64,000 bases of DNA, taken from Lama glama. Taxonomy: Eukaryota. Positions 1-12,720 of this stretch are shown piece by piece. How positions within the stretch are numbered: position 1 is the stretch's first letter; each line of letters begins with the position of its first letter. The stretch covers positions 38,070,001 through 38,134,000 of the forward strand of contig CM052817.1 in NCBI GenBank assembly GCA_028534125.1, in the 5' to 3' direction. A program made the position numbers and the translations under genes. The notes beneath the pieces were generated by a model, which was not told where the DNA came from, searched no databases, and was given only the letters and a program-made list of their open reading frames with translations.

Positions 1-3000
1 CAATCCATGGCACTACTTTCCACCCAGGAGACTGAACCAAATCCCTAGTCATTCTGTATGCCTCCCCCAGGCCCTTCAAATCCAGATCATCAAAGCTTCT
101 CAGTTCTTCACCATCCCCTGCAAAAGACTTCTCGGTGGTGTTATTTAGCCTCTTACCTCACACTTAGTCCTTAACACAGATCAGTCTGGCTTCTGCATCG
201 AACAGTTCTTGTTAGGGTCACTGGCTCTGTTATGTCAGTCATGCTCCTCTGCCCTCCTGTCCAGAGTGCCCCTGAGAGCACTTCTTCAAATGGTCACTTG
301 CACATGAATCCCCTTCTCTGGACCTTCCTGGGGACCCAATGCAAGGCACCTTAGGAAAGAAGAATTAATCAAATTAGTTTCCAGAGACAGATTTTATTAA
401 ACTTTCATTCCCGATTGTGGAGTACTTTCAACTCATCAGACTTTTAAAGGGCATTTACTTCATCTGTATAGTTAGAGTGTTTAATTTCTATTCAAGAGCA
501 CAGCCAATATTCCTAAAACTTGTCTAAGCAATTTTAAAAACTCAACTCATGTTTATTACAAGTTGCATTTGTCTACTTTTAGAGGCAATTACATTTTTGA
601 TAATTGGAAACCAAGTCATTGTTTACTGCATGGTAGAAATAACTGAAAAATAACTGTATTTAGTCAATTATTTTGATAATTGTGCATACTTCTATTACAC
701 TTCTATTAATTTGGCAGTTTGTTGGTAAGACTGTTAAGCAAACATTGAACCTCACTGTGGATCATGAAATGTTCTTGGTGCTACAGAGAATATAAAGTTT
801 CAGAAAAAACCCAAAACATACCAAATGGTGTCATTAGCCAAATAAATAGGTAAATGTACTTATAATTTAGTACTATATACAAATATTCTGTATAAATGTT
901 TATTTTCCAATCAGGAGGTTAAAATTTTAAGTTCTATTTATCAAAAATTTAAAATACATATGGAAAACTTATTCTGTATGTATAGAATCAGAGAATTTAA
1001 AATCAAATTTTACACATTTCCTTAAACAGATTTTCTGAGTTAATATTGTACTAAAATTCACTTTTCTCGGTTGGAGCCTTACAGTAAATCACGCATCTTT
1101 TGGCAATCCTTAAACTGCAAAGGTTAATAAGAAAAACAAAGCATGTTTCACTAGGACATAATATCATTTTCTTTGATCCAGCTGCTAAATGAATAGAGAA
1201 TTCACACAGGGAAAGACAATGCTATTTAAAGCTTTCATTGGCATTTTCAACAAGGCAGCAAACACACAGAGAGAAAAAGCTGAACAAAACCATATTGTAT
1301 GCTTAATTAGGATAAAAGAAGCAGAAAAAAATACCAACATCTTGATGATTGTCATATGGTCAGAACATGACGGTTAAGGAAAAAAATGTTAACTCAGGGC
1401 TCAGAGATGAATAAAAGCAACAACTTTGTACAATTTAGATTTTTCATATCTGTTCTCATCTCTTTTGAGATTCATGTGTGTAGAGGTTCTGATGTGGTCC
1501 AAGATATTTTAACAAAAAGCATTTAGGAATATAAGTGTTGACTCCTTGGGTGATGATTGCCAGATCTAGCTACATGTGGAGACTGACAGAAAACTGGAAC
1601 AGAAATCAGAGTGGCAGGCTTGAATTTGTCACTGATGAAAATCTTTTGTCAGCATTGAATTATTCAGTTTCACATTTGTTCAACACTAAGGATTTCTTCA
1701 TTCCGTCTTTTCTCATAAGAGATCATACATTTTATCCATAACTCTGCCACTAATTATCTGTATGACCATGGACAAATCACTTGTGATCTCTGAGTTGTCA
1801 TGTTCTCATTTGCAAATTGAGCAGGGGTGGTGCTAGATCTTCTCTAAACTCTCTTTCATCGTTAACGTTCTATAATGCTGTTAAAAATAAGATTATTTTG
1901 AAGATTAATAGAATAAATTCATACATTTGACTCAGTGAAGAAGTATTACTTAAATATATGATATAAAATGAAGTCACAAGAGGGAGCAATTTGTACCTTG
2001 GGAGAATCAATTAAGAATTTGAATAGATAACTGATTAAAAGATCTCTTCAACAAGAAATCATGCCCAGCAGTAAGAACTCAAGAGAATGCCCCTCAAAAT
2101 CCATTTTCTTCAGTCTCAGTCTTATTATTTAGAACTGTACTCCTTTTTATGTACTTTCTGGCAAGAGCCCTATTTTATGAGTTTTACATTCCTAAAAATG
2201 GAGTAAATGGAAGGAAATGCTGACATGATGTCCTAGAGCAGGAAAGGGTGCAGGTGTAATTGTTGAGGCTCCAGTGGTCCAGAAAAATACTGCAATTCAA
2301 TTGTTTTCTTCATCCTCCAATTGCTGTGTACCTGAGATCTCTAATATGCATGTTACAGTATTGCTACGTAGGCTGCTCACATAATTATCCTCCAAACACT
2401 TATGAGAATGAGGGCGCTGAGGACTATTAAAAACTACAAGGACAACAAGGCACACACTGGGACTGTTTTGGGCAAATTGAGACATACAGTCACCCTATTT
2501 GCTTTGGTTTCTTTTTCTTGTTTTATAAAGATTTTAATTTAAATATTGCTTAGGTCTTGTTTCATCATCCTCTATTTTAGATTCATTCCAATTACTGTTT
2601 GCTCTGAATTGTTCTTTAAATTAAATTAAACTTTTAATCAAAGTTCTACCATTAATTAGCTATGTGACTTAGATATTTTTTAAAAAAATTTCTTTGAATC
2701 TTAGTTTCCTGGTCTGAGGATTATTAGGTATACATAAAGAGCTTAGCACAGAGTATCTTCTCAGAAAAAAAAAGTGGCTTCCCTTAATTAGATAGAGAAT
2801 AGTGTTTTTCATTTCTCAAGCTCTTGAAGATAGCTGAGAGAGCAGATGTAGGAACATTACAATTGCCTTCTTTTTCTTCAGTGTCGCAGTCTGTTCTGCA
2901 GGTCCTTTTTGTTTCACTCATATACTATATCCATATTAGCGCTGAGGGTATTTCTTCTATATTGTTCCAGTTTTTTAGGTGCTATCTCATATTAATGTTC

Positions 3001-3089
3001 CCCACCAAGAAAATATCTGGATCTTTCTGGATGTGATTGCAGTTGTGAGGTTTGGAAAATTTTATGGGTTTCAGAGGCATGCTTTCTAT

Positions 3090-4430
3090 CATGAAAGCCA
3101 AAGTCTTTGTTTCATTTACAAGAAACTTCCAATTACTTCCTCATTTTGAAACTCTCTGATCACTTGACTTCTATAACATTGCAGTATTCTCATTCTCCAT
3201 GTGTTTCTGTAAATATTCCTTTCCCTTCCCACACTTCTTCCTCCTCCTTCTTTGACTTACCATCTTCTGGTCAACCTTTAAACTTTGGTGTCTGACTGGG
3301 GTCCACTTTGGCCCTTTACTCTTCCTGCCTGCATACTCCATGGGAGACCACATTCACTGCCATGACTTCAGCAAACATCTCTGGCTGATAGTCTCAAATC
3401 TGTACATCTCTAGCCAATAGCATTCCTGTGAACATCTGATCATATATTTATCAAATGGACATCTGTGCCCACTTAACACGTAAACTCATTTCTCTACCAG
3501 TCTCATTTCCCTTTTTCCATTCCCTGTATCTTTACTTGGTTCCACTACTAATACCATTTTCTGGTAACTCATCTTAAATATCTTCTTTCCCATCATGCAC
3601 ATTCAATCAAAAACAGAATTCTGCCAATTTGATTTATTAATATTTATCAATTATTCTTGAATCCACATTTTCTATCCATTTTTGCCTTCCCTACCCAAGT
3701 CAGACCTTTTAATATTTTTTTCTAGATTGTACAGCAGCTCTTTCCTCGGATTTCAATTGTGTCTTTCTTCAATCCAGCCAGAGTTTTGGCCATGCCATTC
3801 TCTTACATTCTTCAGTGTTTCTCCCCCTGTTAGGAGGAAGTCTTCACTCCATAGCATACTAACCAAAAGCATCCTTGATCCAGCCTTTCTCCAACCCATC
3901 TGCTTCTCTAGGGACAACTCTTATCTCTTGCTACATCTGACTGCATAGTTACGTTTTATTATCACAGAACTGCATCCCGTTCTCCTTGCATGTGCATGCA
4001 CCTAAGCAGAGAAGTGCACACACACACACACACACCCCACCATCACTACCACCATCACCACCACCATCACCACCATTCTGTTTTCTAAAGTCTGCGGCCT
4101 GGAGTCATCTTTTTCTCCTTCTCCTTTTATCTTGACAACATCCAAGGCATCTTTTGCTCTAGAACAGATGTCATCTACTCCAAGAAGCAAAAGGTGTTTG
4201 CTACAGTTTTGTTAGGGTTTCTTCGCTCTGGCCCCATATACCACATACATATTTCTTTCATTTATCATATTGTATATTATCTGTTTTGCATAGGTCTTAC
4301 CCCACTAAATTGTGAGCTCCTAGAGGTCAGTAGTCACATTATTCAGTTTTGAAATCTCTAGTTCGAATATAGCCTGACAAACACTAGGTGCCCAAAACCG
4401 TTACTGATTGAATGAATTTAAAAAATGAAT
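3090..4430 (+). mobile_element. Degraded LINE-2 3' portion
   Basis: Pyrimidine-rich L2-like blocks ending in cccactaaattgtgagctcctagagg...taggtgccc...ttgaatgaat. Boundaries approximate. Confidence 0.7.
4017..4075 (+). repeat. Compound microsatellite, (CA)n followed by imperfect (CAC/CAT)n
   Basis: cacacacacacacacacac ccc accatcactaccaccatcaccaccaccatcaccacca. Confidence 0.9.
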
Positions 4431-7372
4431 AAATTAATCCTAATATTTACTATCTCATAGTGACTTTCATTTGGCCATGTGTTTATCTCATTTAATTGAA
4501 ACAATTTGTACATGTATACATAATATGTAATCAGTATAAAATAATACAAAGACAAAGCATTTGTTTTTACAATCTCCAGGAATTTCTACAAGAATTTCAA
4601 TCAAGGAAGTAGAGTCCAAATTTTCAAAAATAGTAGAAAGAGGATCTTCAGTCTCTTGAAAAATATTCAAAAGCATGCAAGTCACAAGTCCTAATAATTT
4701 TATATATTATTCTTAATTTCTTCTCATCCTTAATTTTCTCACATCTCAAATTGTTCTTATCTGCTAAACTCTCCTAAAATACTCTCTGGAGTCCTTCTTA
4801 TTTTATCCACTGCTCATCTCTTTTTTATTTAGATTGTTACCTAGCAAGACAGAATCCTTCCTGTTTAAGAAGTTGGAGAAGGGGAACCAGAGAGCAATAG
4901 AACACTGGCTCCTCTTTAGCAGAGGGGGAGGCAGGGAGTGTCATGGACCATCTCATGGTGACAGTGGCTGCCTGAGCACGTATACATGTATGTGTTTGAA
5001 TGTAGAATTACTCTCTTTGGATTATTGGCCAATTACTACTTTATGTTGCTATGTAGAAGACATATTTATGTGAAGCACCCTTCCACTGCAGGTGATTGAA
5101 TCCTCTCTTTAAAAAAAGCCCCCAAAGAAACTCTGAACAAGTAGCCCTTTCAACCATAACTATAATGCCAGTGTATTTAAAGCAGCCCTCCTGGTTTACT
5201 GAAAGGAAAAGTCTTGGAGTCAGTACTTTGCTTTCTTTCTTTGCGGTTTGTGGTTGGGGTCTACGTACTTCGTGCTTCATACAGCAACAGCTGTATGCTC
5301 AGGCTCCAAGGAAGACCTCTCTCCAAATAGTTTTGTTGCAAAGAGAAAATACCATTTAGGAACTTTGGCAGGAACTATACTCCTGAGCCGTGTTCAATTT
5401 TGAAACTTGAATGGAAAAGTTCACTGCATGGAGACGTCAGCCACACAGGCTCCTGAGCTGCGTCTGTTGTTAGAAGAAAACAGAGGCACCAACGATGCAC
5501 AGAGCGCTGGGAGGGCGGGGAGGGGCTCTGAGAGCTTGTGCACACTGTGTCCTGCAGGGGGCCTGGACAAGGCTCACTGCAGGGGGACCTCAGCACAGCT
5601 TTACGCATGCTCAGGAAGAGGCAAAGCCCCAAACCTGCCACTTGGTAAAGTGTCTTTACATAACCAAGGTTTGGCTTTGCGTTAGCTTAATAGTTTCACA
5701 AATTTTCAAACTTTGTTTTACTCATTCACTCAGTAATCATAACATTCCTGTAACTGGGGATTTCTTTACAGTTTAGGGTAGAAGGTCCTCCCTCAGTCAG
5801 GTCCCAGGGGCAGTGCCTGACCATCCCAGTCCTCTTAACTTTACATAGTCAGTGTGTCTGGGGCCTCACTAGTGTCGTGGGGTAGATCGGGGTCTTGTTC
5901 TGTTTAGTTCTTTCAGTAAAGGCTACTCAGCCGGCCACATCTGAGTCACAGTAGCTGGTGTGAAGTGAAGCCTTCTTCCCCAGTAGAAATCACAGATTTT
6001 AAAAGAATGTCTGGCCTTATCAGTAGCTATTTCTCAGTAATTCATTATTATGTTGCCCCACCACAACTGGTCAGTCTTCTATTTTCATATCCAGCTACTT
6101 CTGTAGTGTATGAGGGCTGCCCCAGCAATGTGAGGGCTAAGATGAATATTCATGTCTGTCATGATTCAGGCTGCCAGAGATCCTCCATGCAATAAAGAAG
6201 GGCCACTGTGGTACTAGGGTGCTGCTCGTGGTCCAGAAAACCTCCATCGGAAGCCAGAACTGTCTCTGAAGATCTGGTCCAAAGTCTTCCTATGACAGCC
6301 ATTTCTGAGGGATGCATGTCCTCATAGACCTGAGTCACTTTATTGAGTAACTGTTAGTTTCTCATAAAAAGTGCTGCTTTGCGAGTGTTGGACAGGGTGG
6401 ATTCTGGGGTCCCTGTGTGCTGGCACCAGACATTTCGTAGCTCTTCTTGGCACTGAATCCAGTGTTGGTGTGAGTCCTCAGCTCCTTCTCTCTCTACCTT
6501 TTCACTTTTTCGAGATTTTTTTTCTTTCCACGTCACTTGACCTGAGTCGAAGTTACTCTCGATCACCATGGTAGATGTCCCGGGTCCAAACATCAGGAAG
6601 CAGAGGTCAGGGAATGTATCTGAGACCCTCCTTCCTGCAAGGCACCTCTATTTGTGAAAATTCCTCCTTTTCCACCTTCAAATTCCTCAGAGCAAGAGTA
6701 ATGCTAGTAACGTAGACTAGGTCCTGTCTCATCGGTTCTCCCACAGAGGGTCATCTCAGGGGCCACTCGGGTTCATGGTGACCTACCTGTCTAGACAACT
6801 GGCAGCTGCCTCTGCCTGAGGGCGCAAAATATCTTCAGTCATTTAAATATAAGGCACACGGTGTTGTATAAAGATGTTTTATGATGCTTCACGAAAAATA
6901 AAAAGCTGATGAAGTCTAAATATTCCTTTATGCTGGGGACTAGTACTGCGGTCTGTTTAGAGATATTAAAGGCTCTTCTTCAGGAGGGTCTAAAAGTGGA
7001 AGAAAATCTTACAGGTCTAGGGCAGTTTTAGTAGGGTTCTGTTTCAGGGCAAGTGAATGGAGGAAGTAGCAGCTCCCGGGGCCTTGTAATCAAGTGTCTT
7101 GTTTGCTTTTTAAAGACATGATATTAACTGCTCACACTTGACTTCTGAATCAGAAGGTTTTGGGAAGTGAGCTCTCAGGATTTGTATCCTGCTGCCTTAT
7201 TTGGTAGCAGCAAACATTGGCATATAAATGAATCGTTTGTAAGTTTGTGGGGAAATTTTAACTTCTGCACCACTGTGATTACTCCACAATTTATATGAGA
7301 TTCTGATCGCCAGCAAAATCAATGAGTAGTGAGATATTCTCGTGCACTGTAAGAGTTTAGTCATTTTTTTAG

Positions 7373-7489
<117 letters not shown>

Positions 7490-9152
7490 TAAATGTGTAT
7501 ACTTTTTGCTTTATTGAAACTCAAAAAAAAATCCTTAAGGCTTTTCCTTTTAAAACAAATTAGTAACTGATGATTGTCTAAGTACTATTCTCTTAGACCA
7601 TTTTCAAAGCTCCTAAAACTTCATCTGTCTTTTCATACTAATAACAATAATGCATTTATTCAAGAATGAAAGGAATTAATTACTGACACTTTTTTAAAAA
7701 AATAGTACTGATTGTCAAAATATTTGTCATGACGAACAGCAAGCTTCAATTCAAAATTTCAGAATTAAACATTCCATGTTTGTACATAAGATTATCACTT
7801 AAAATGGATAAAAATTATGACTGGAATGGTTTTAGGCAGTAGAAAGTAAAAGAGAGTGAATGTATGAATTCATTCACTTGATGTATAGGACTTGAGAATT
7901 TAAATTGAAAGTAAATGTATCTGAATGGCTAATTTTTTTAAGTAAGAAAATTAATTGATTTTTTTCAGCAAAACTTTTCCAAACACGTACTGTGTGATCA
8001 AGATCATAACTCAGGGTGAAACGACACAGAAAAGAACTATTAAAGTAATATAAATAATGACAGAATAGAGTAAATATGTGAAAACCAATGCAGATTATAA
8101 CAAATGATTAGGTCCAAATGAGATGGAACATAAAGGGGAGCTCTGAAGGAAAAAAGTGTTTGGGCTATCTTGAAGGACTTAATAATTGTAAGTTGGGAAA
8201 AGAAAAAAAAATAGAGGAAAACAACAGAATGAAAATATGAGAGGAAACCAAAGGATGGGAATGAGCAAAAAGTGTTATAAAGATAGTAAAGAGATTCCAC
8301 TGGTCAAGTGGTCATGTTGGAGAGTGTAGAAAATAAGCACAAATAAACAGTAGATCAAATGAAAAAAGATAATAATGATGGACAGAAACAGATTTGATCT
8401 GATCTAAATAAGGACTAGTAGGCACCCAGGGGTTGGTGAGTAAGTAAGTGATAGGTTAAAAAAATGTCACATGAGGAGGATGGACATGGGCTAAATTGTG
8501 AAAAACTGAAGAAAGAAATACTTGTAAAGGATGATGATTATAAAGATTGTAAACCATTGTAAAACAAGAATGAATGGCATGGAACAATTTTTAGCTCAAA
8601 GGGACAAAATAAAAAGAAATGAAGATATATAAATTTTTAAATCTAGCAATGAAAAATCCATTAATGGATGCCAGTTTGGGAATACATTTAATAATTTTTT
8701 AATGTTGGGTTTTAGGCAAGTTTAGTTTTACAAATTCAAGATTTGAGTCTGGAAAAAAGTTGGAAAATTGATAGAAAGTGATAGTTTAATGTAATGAGAA
8801 TATGTGCATCTCTTAGAGAGTGAATATAAAAGAAAAATGGATGTTCAAAGCAGAGCCATTAAAATCCTTAAGAGATAAAATTAAAATGCATCAGAAATAC
8901 CCAAAAGAATTCAGAAAACAAGTAACGTGTGTTTTTTATACATTTATTTGGTCAAATGCTTTATTGAGCACCTTCTTTGCCAGGCTCTCTGTTATTGCAA
9001 TAAATTGTAGAAATGGAAGAGTGAAGAAATTCTAATTGATTAGCAATTCACTCAACCCCATCAAATGTTTCTATTTGTCGTAAACTAATAAATTTTCTCT
9101 TTGGATTAAGGAGAAAATTGATTTTTATAACACTGGTAACTGTTTCTTACAG

Positions 9153-9230
9153 AACTTATCTACAAGGAAGTAATGACTTCCGAAGAGAAGACTAAGAATG
9201 GTGTTGTGAAAGGACAGCCTTCTCCTTCAG
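9153..9230 (+). CDS. MAPK10: MAPK10/JNK3 penultimate coding exon, (E)LIYKEVMTSEEKTKNGVVKGQPSPS
   Basis: 78-bp exon with acceptor tttcttacag| and donor |gtactc. The KTKNGVVKGQPSPS peptide is JNK3-specific. Frame is continuous with 7412-7475. Confidence 0.96.
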
Positions 9231-9969
9231 GTACTCACTCTCAGTGAATAACCGATAAACCACTACTTGCATTTTTTTTGACTTTAAGGAGGGATTGTGA
9301 TCAATAACATTGCTTGTAGAGCATGTGAGCATATATCACATGACTGTTTCCTTCTAATGATTTTAGTTTTATTCCTTTTGATATTTAGTGTGGCATTTGT
9401 TCTGATTATTCTGATTATAATGACCTAGCACAAGAGTTCTTTCAAAACTTATTTTAAGATAATAAGGGGTCTTGAAGAAATGTTAACATGGGCTGGTTAA
9501 AGGGTAACTGATTCTCATCAAAATTCAGAACTGTAATGCCGTCTTGACCACCAAGTCAATGTAGAGGTCAAGAATCCCTCCAGCAAAAACCCTTTCCTTC
9601 AGTCACTCTAATGTTTGCACTCTTCCCAAGGTTGGTGTGACAGTAGTTGAAGTCTTAAAGATGGAATCCAGTTAAAGCCAGCATGGAAAATCTTTCAGTT
9701 TGCAATCTACAGAATCTAATACACATTTGCACATGGACATATTTTACTCATCCTACTAATGTGCTTTAGGATTACTTGAGATAATTTACTTACACTTATT
9801 AATGCTAATGTATTTTTCCTAAGACCTATGTTCTGAATATAAAAAGAATGTATAAATGGTTTTAGAAAATGCGACGGCTTATCTTTAGCTTTAAACAACA
9901 CTCAGATCTGGCAAACATGTAGGCTGCAAATTGCTAGTTTAGAGGAAAGTGGATTTATGTCCAATTATT

Positions 9970-10469
9970 NNNNNNNNNNNNNNNNNNNNNNNNNNNNNNN
10001 NNNNNNNNNNNNNNNNNNNNNNNNNNNNNNNNNNNNNNNNNNNNNNNNNNNNNNNNNNNNNNNNNNNNNNNNNNNNNNNNNNNNNNNNNNNNNNNNNNNN
10101 NNNNNNNNNNNNNNNNNNNNNNNNNNNNNNNNNNNNNNNNNNNNNNNNNNNNNNNNNNNNNNNNNNNNNNNNNNNNNNNNNNNNNNNNNNNNNNNNNNNN
10201 NNNNNNNNNNNNNNNNNNNNNNNNNNNNNNNNNNNNNNNNNNNNNNNNNNNNNNNNNNNNNNNNNNNNNNNNNNNNNNNNNNNNNNNNNNNNNNNNNNNN
10301 NNNNNNNNNNNNNNNNNNNNNNNNNNNNNNNNNNNNNNNNNNNNNNNNNNNNNNNNNNNNNNNNNNNNNNNNNNNNNNNNNNNNNNNNNNNNNNNNNNNN
10401 NNNNNNNNNNNNNNNNNNNNNNNNNNNNNNNNNNNNNNNNNNNNNNNNNNNNNNNNNNNNNNNNNNNNN
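9970..10469. other. Assembly gap, 500 N
   Basis: Run of exactly 500 N. Confidence 1.
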
Positions 10470-12720
10470 CTGCTCTCTCATCATCATCTCTTCTCTTTCT
10501 AGGTCACTCTTTGGCACCGTCACTCCCACAATTCTTAGATATTCTCAAAGCATCTCTGAGTCACAACTTTGCTAAATGTCCGTGGACTGTTAGCCCCTCA
10601 TGTCACTGCTTTTCTCCTTGACCAACTAAGCTTCTGTGGTTGCTCATCTTCTTCATTCTCTTGTCTCCATTCTCAAATCTTTTCATCATTTTTTCTACCA
10701 CCCCACTCATCAGAGAAAAAAAGAAAAAGAAAAAGAAAAAGAAAAAAACCAACCCAGCTTTGGCTAAGTCCAATTTTTGCTTCCTCCTAAACTGCACCTA
10801 AGAAACTAAACATGGCTGAAGAGCAAAAGACCACCAATGTTGACTTGTTTACCTGACATTTGTAGGAATACGGCTGCCACGGCTCTCATCACTGTCCTGT
10901 GACTTATCTTCATGCTTTCTAAGGTCAATTTCATGCTTCTTAAGACTCCGTGAACTCTTCCCTTCCTCATTCTCAGCTGACAACCTTACTTATACAAACT
11001 TACTGATTACCTGTTCTGAGAAAATAAATTAGAAAAATATGTTCTTATGTTTCATCATCATCTCTACCAAACAACCTACATCTGTCCTTAGCTCCTGCTC
11101 CAGGGACGTACTGCCTGGTCTCTCGGGCCAACTGCTCCTCTGATGCCCTGGAGCCCACCTCTCTGGCCTTTTCAAGATTATCACTCTTTCCAATAAATAC
11201 TCATTCACTCTTGAATTACGTATTTTGCTCTTAAATATTAATCCCACCAAGGTAGACCCATGCTATAACAACTTTTTAAAAGTCCTCTCCTTGTCTCATA
11301 TTTACGTCTAATTTCACCATCATTCTGTCTCACTTTTTAGGAAAAAAATTCTTGAATTTTCTGTACTCGTTTCTAATTCCTCACCTCCTCATGTTCTCCT
11401 GAACTCACTGAAGTCATGGTTTCTTGCTCAGTATTGCAGAGAAACTGCTGTCACTAGGGTCAGCTATGACCTTCACAAAATCAGATTCAATTGTCAATCT
11501 TCAGTCCCCATCTTACTCAGCCATTCAGTGGCATTGTCTCAGTTGCCCACTTCTTCATTTTTGAAACACCTTTTACTTGGCTTCCAGGATAGAGCACTCT
11601 CCTGGTTTTTCCTCTACTTAGCTGGACATTCCTTAGAATACTGTTTTCTGACTTCTATATGCTGGAACAAGAGATGTGTCCATCTTTGGACTTTTCTTTT
11701 TCTTTATCCTACATTCAGTCTCTTAATGGTTTCATATCTTCTCCTAGTTTCAATAAACCCTTAAAAGCAGATTATTCTCAGATTTATGTTTCAGCTCAAC
11801 TTCTTCCCTTAACTCCAGCCTTGTAGATACTCTGACTACCTCACTTGAATATTGAATAAGCATCATCAACTGACATTTCCAACAACAAATATGATTTTCT
11901 TCCCAAATAGGCCCCTAACCCATCATTCTCAGTCAACTACACTATCATTTAGATTTTTGTGGTTTAGACTTTATAAGAACCTGGAGTCATTCCCTGATCT
12001 CTTTCTGTCATATTGCGTATCAATCTTGTCAACTCTGCCTTCACGACAAATCCTTAGTTAGATTCCAAATCCAACCCTTTGTCAACATTGACATTTCTGG
12101 TCCATGCCCCATCATGTCTCTGGGCTACTGTTACACCCTACAATGGACCCTTTCCTTCCATTCTTATTTTTCTTCTTAATCTCCTCTCTCAGCAGCCAGA
12201 GGGATCCATTTTAAAAGAAAAATTAGGTTATATAACTTCCATGCTCAAATCTGTCCATTGTCTTCCCATATTTGGAACAAAATCCCGAGATCTTGCCATG
12301 CTCTGACCACGCCTACCTCTTCACTTTCATTTATTTTCCCAATTCTCTTGTCCACACTGCTTCATCCACAAGGCTCTTTGCCAAGCCTTATATACACAAG
12401 CAAGCTCTCATTCCAGGGCTTTTGCACATGCTTTTCCCTCACTGACATGGCTCATTCCTGCACTTTATTCAGGTCTCTGCTCAAGTATCATCTCTTCTGA
12501 GAGGCCAGCCCTGATCACCTCATCTAAATGGCACCACTTCTCATGCCGTATTCTTTTAATCTGCCTGTCTTCTCAGTTCTTCCCACTACCTTACTCCCCC
12601 TTAGAATGCAGACCCTATGAAGGCAGGAAGGTTGCCTGGATTGACTGCAACTATGTGTACAGAGAAGTCCTCAGAAGACTGAAGTGCACAATCAGCAAGT
12701 ATGAATCGAGTGAATGTTGA
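10470..12720 (+). mobile_element. LINE-2 remnant (about 2.2 kb)
   Basis: L2-type motifs: ttggcttccaggatagagcactctcctggttttt, tttgcacatgcttttccc, ttcaggtctctgctcaag, ttagaatgcagaccctatgaaggcagg, and a gaatcgagtgaatg end. Confidence 0.8.
10716..10748 (+). repeat. (AAAAAG)n simple repeat
   Basis: aaaaaaagaaaaagaaaaagaaaaagaaaaaaa. Confidence 0.9.

Noticed and set aside
9939..10575. Long ORFs (181-226 aa) spanning the N runs, here and at 26408-27085 and 52258-52938
   Set aside because: Artefacts of translating gap Ns as X.
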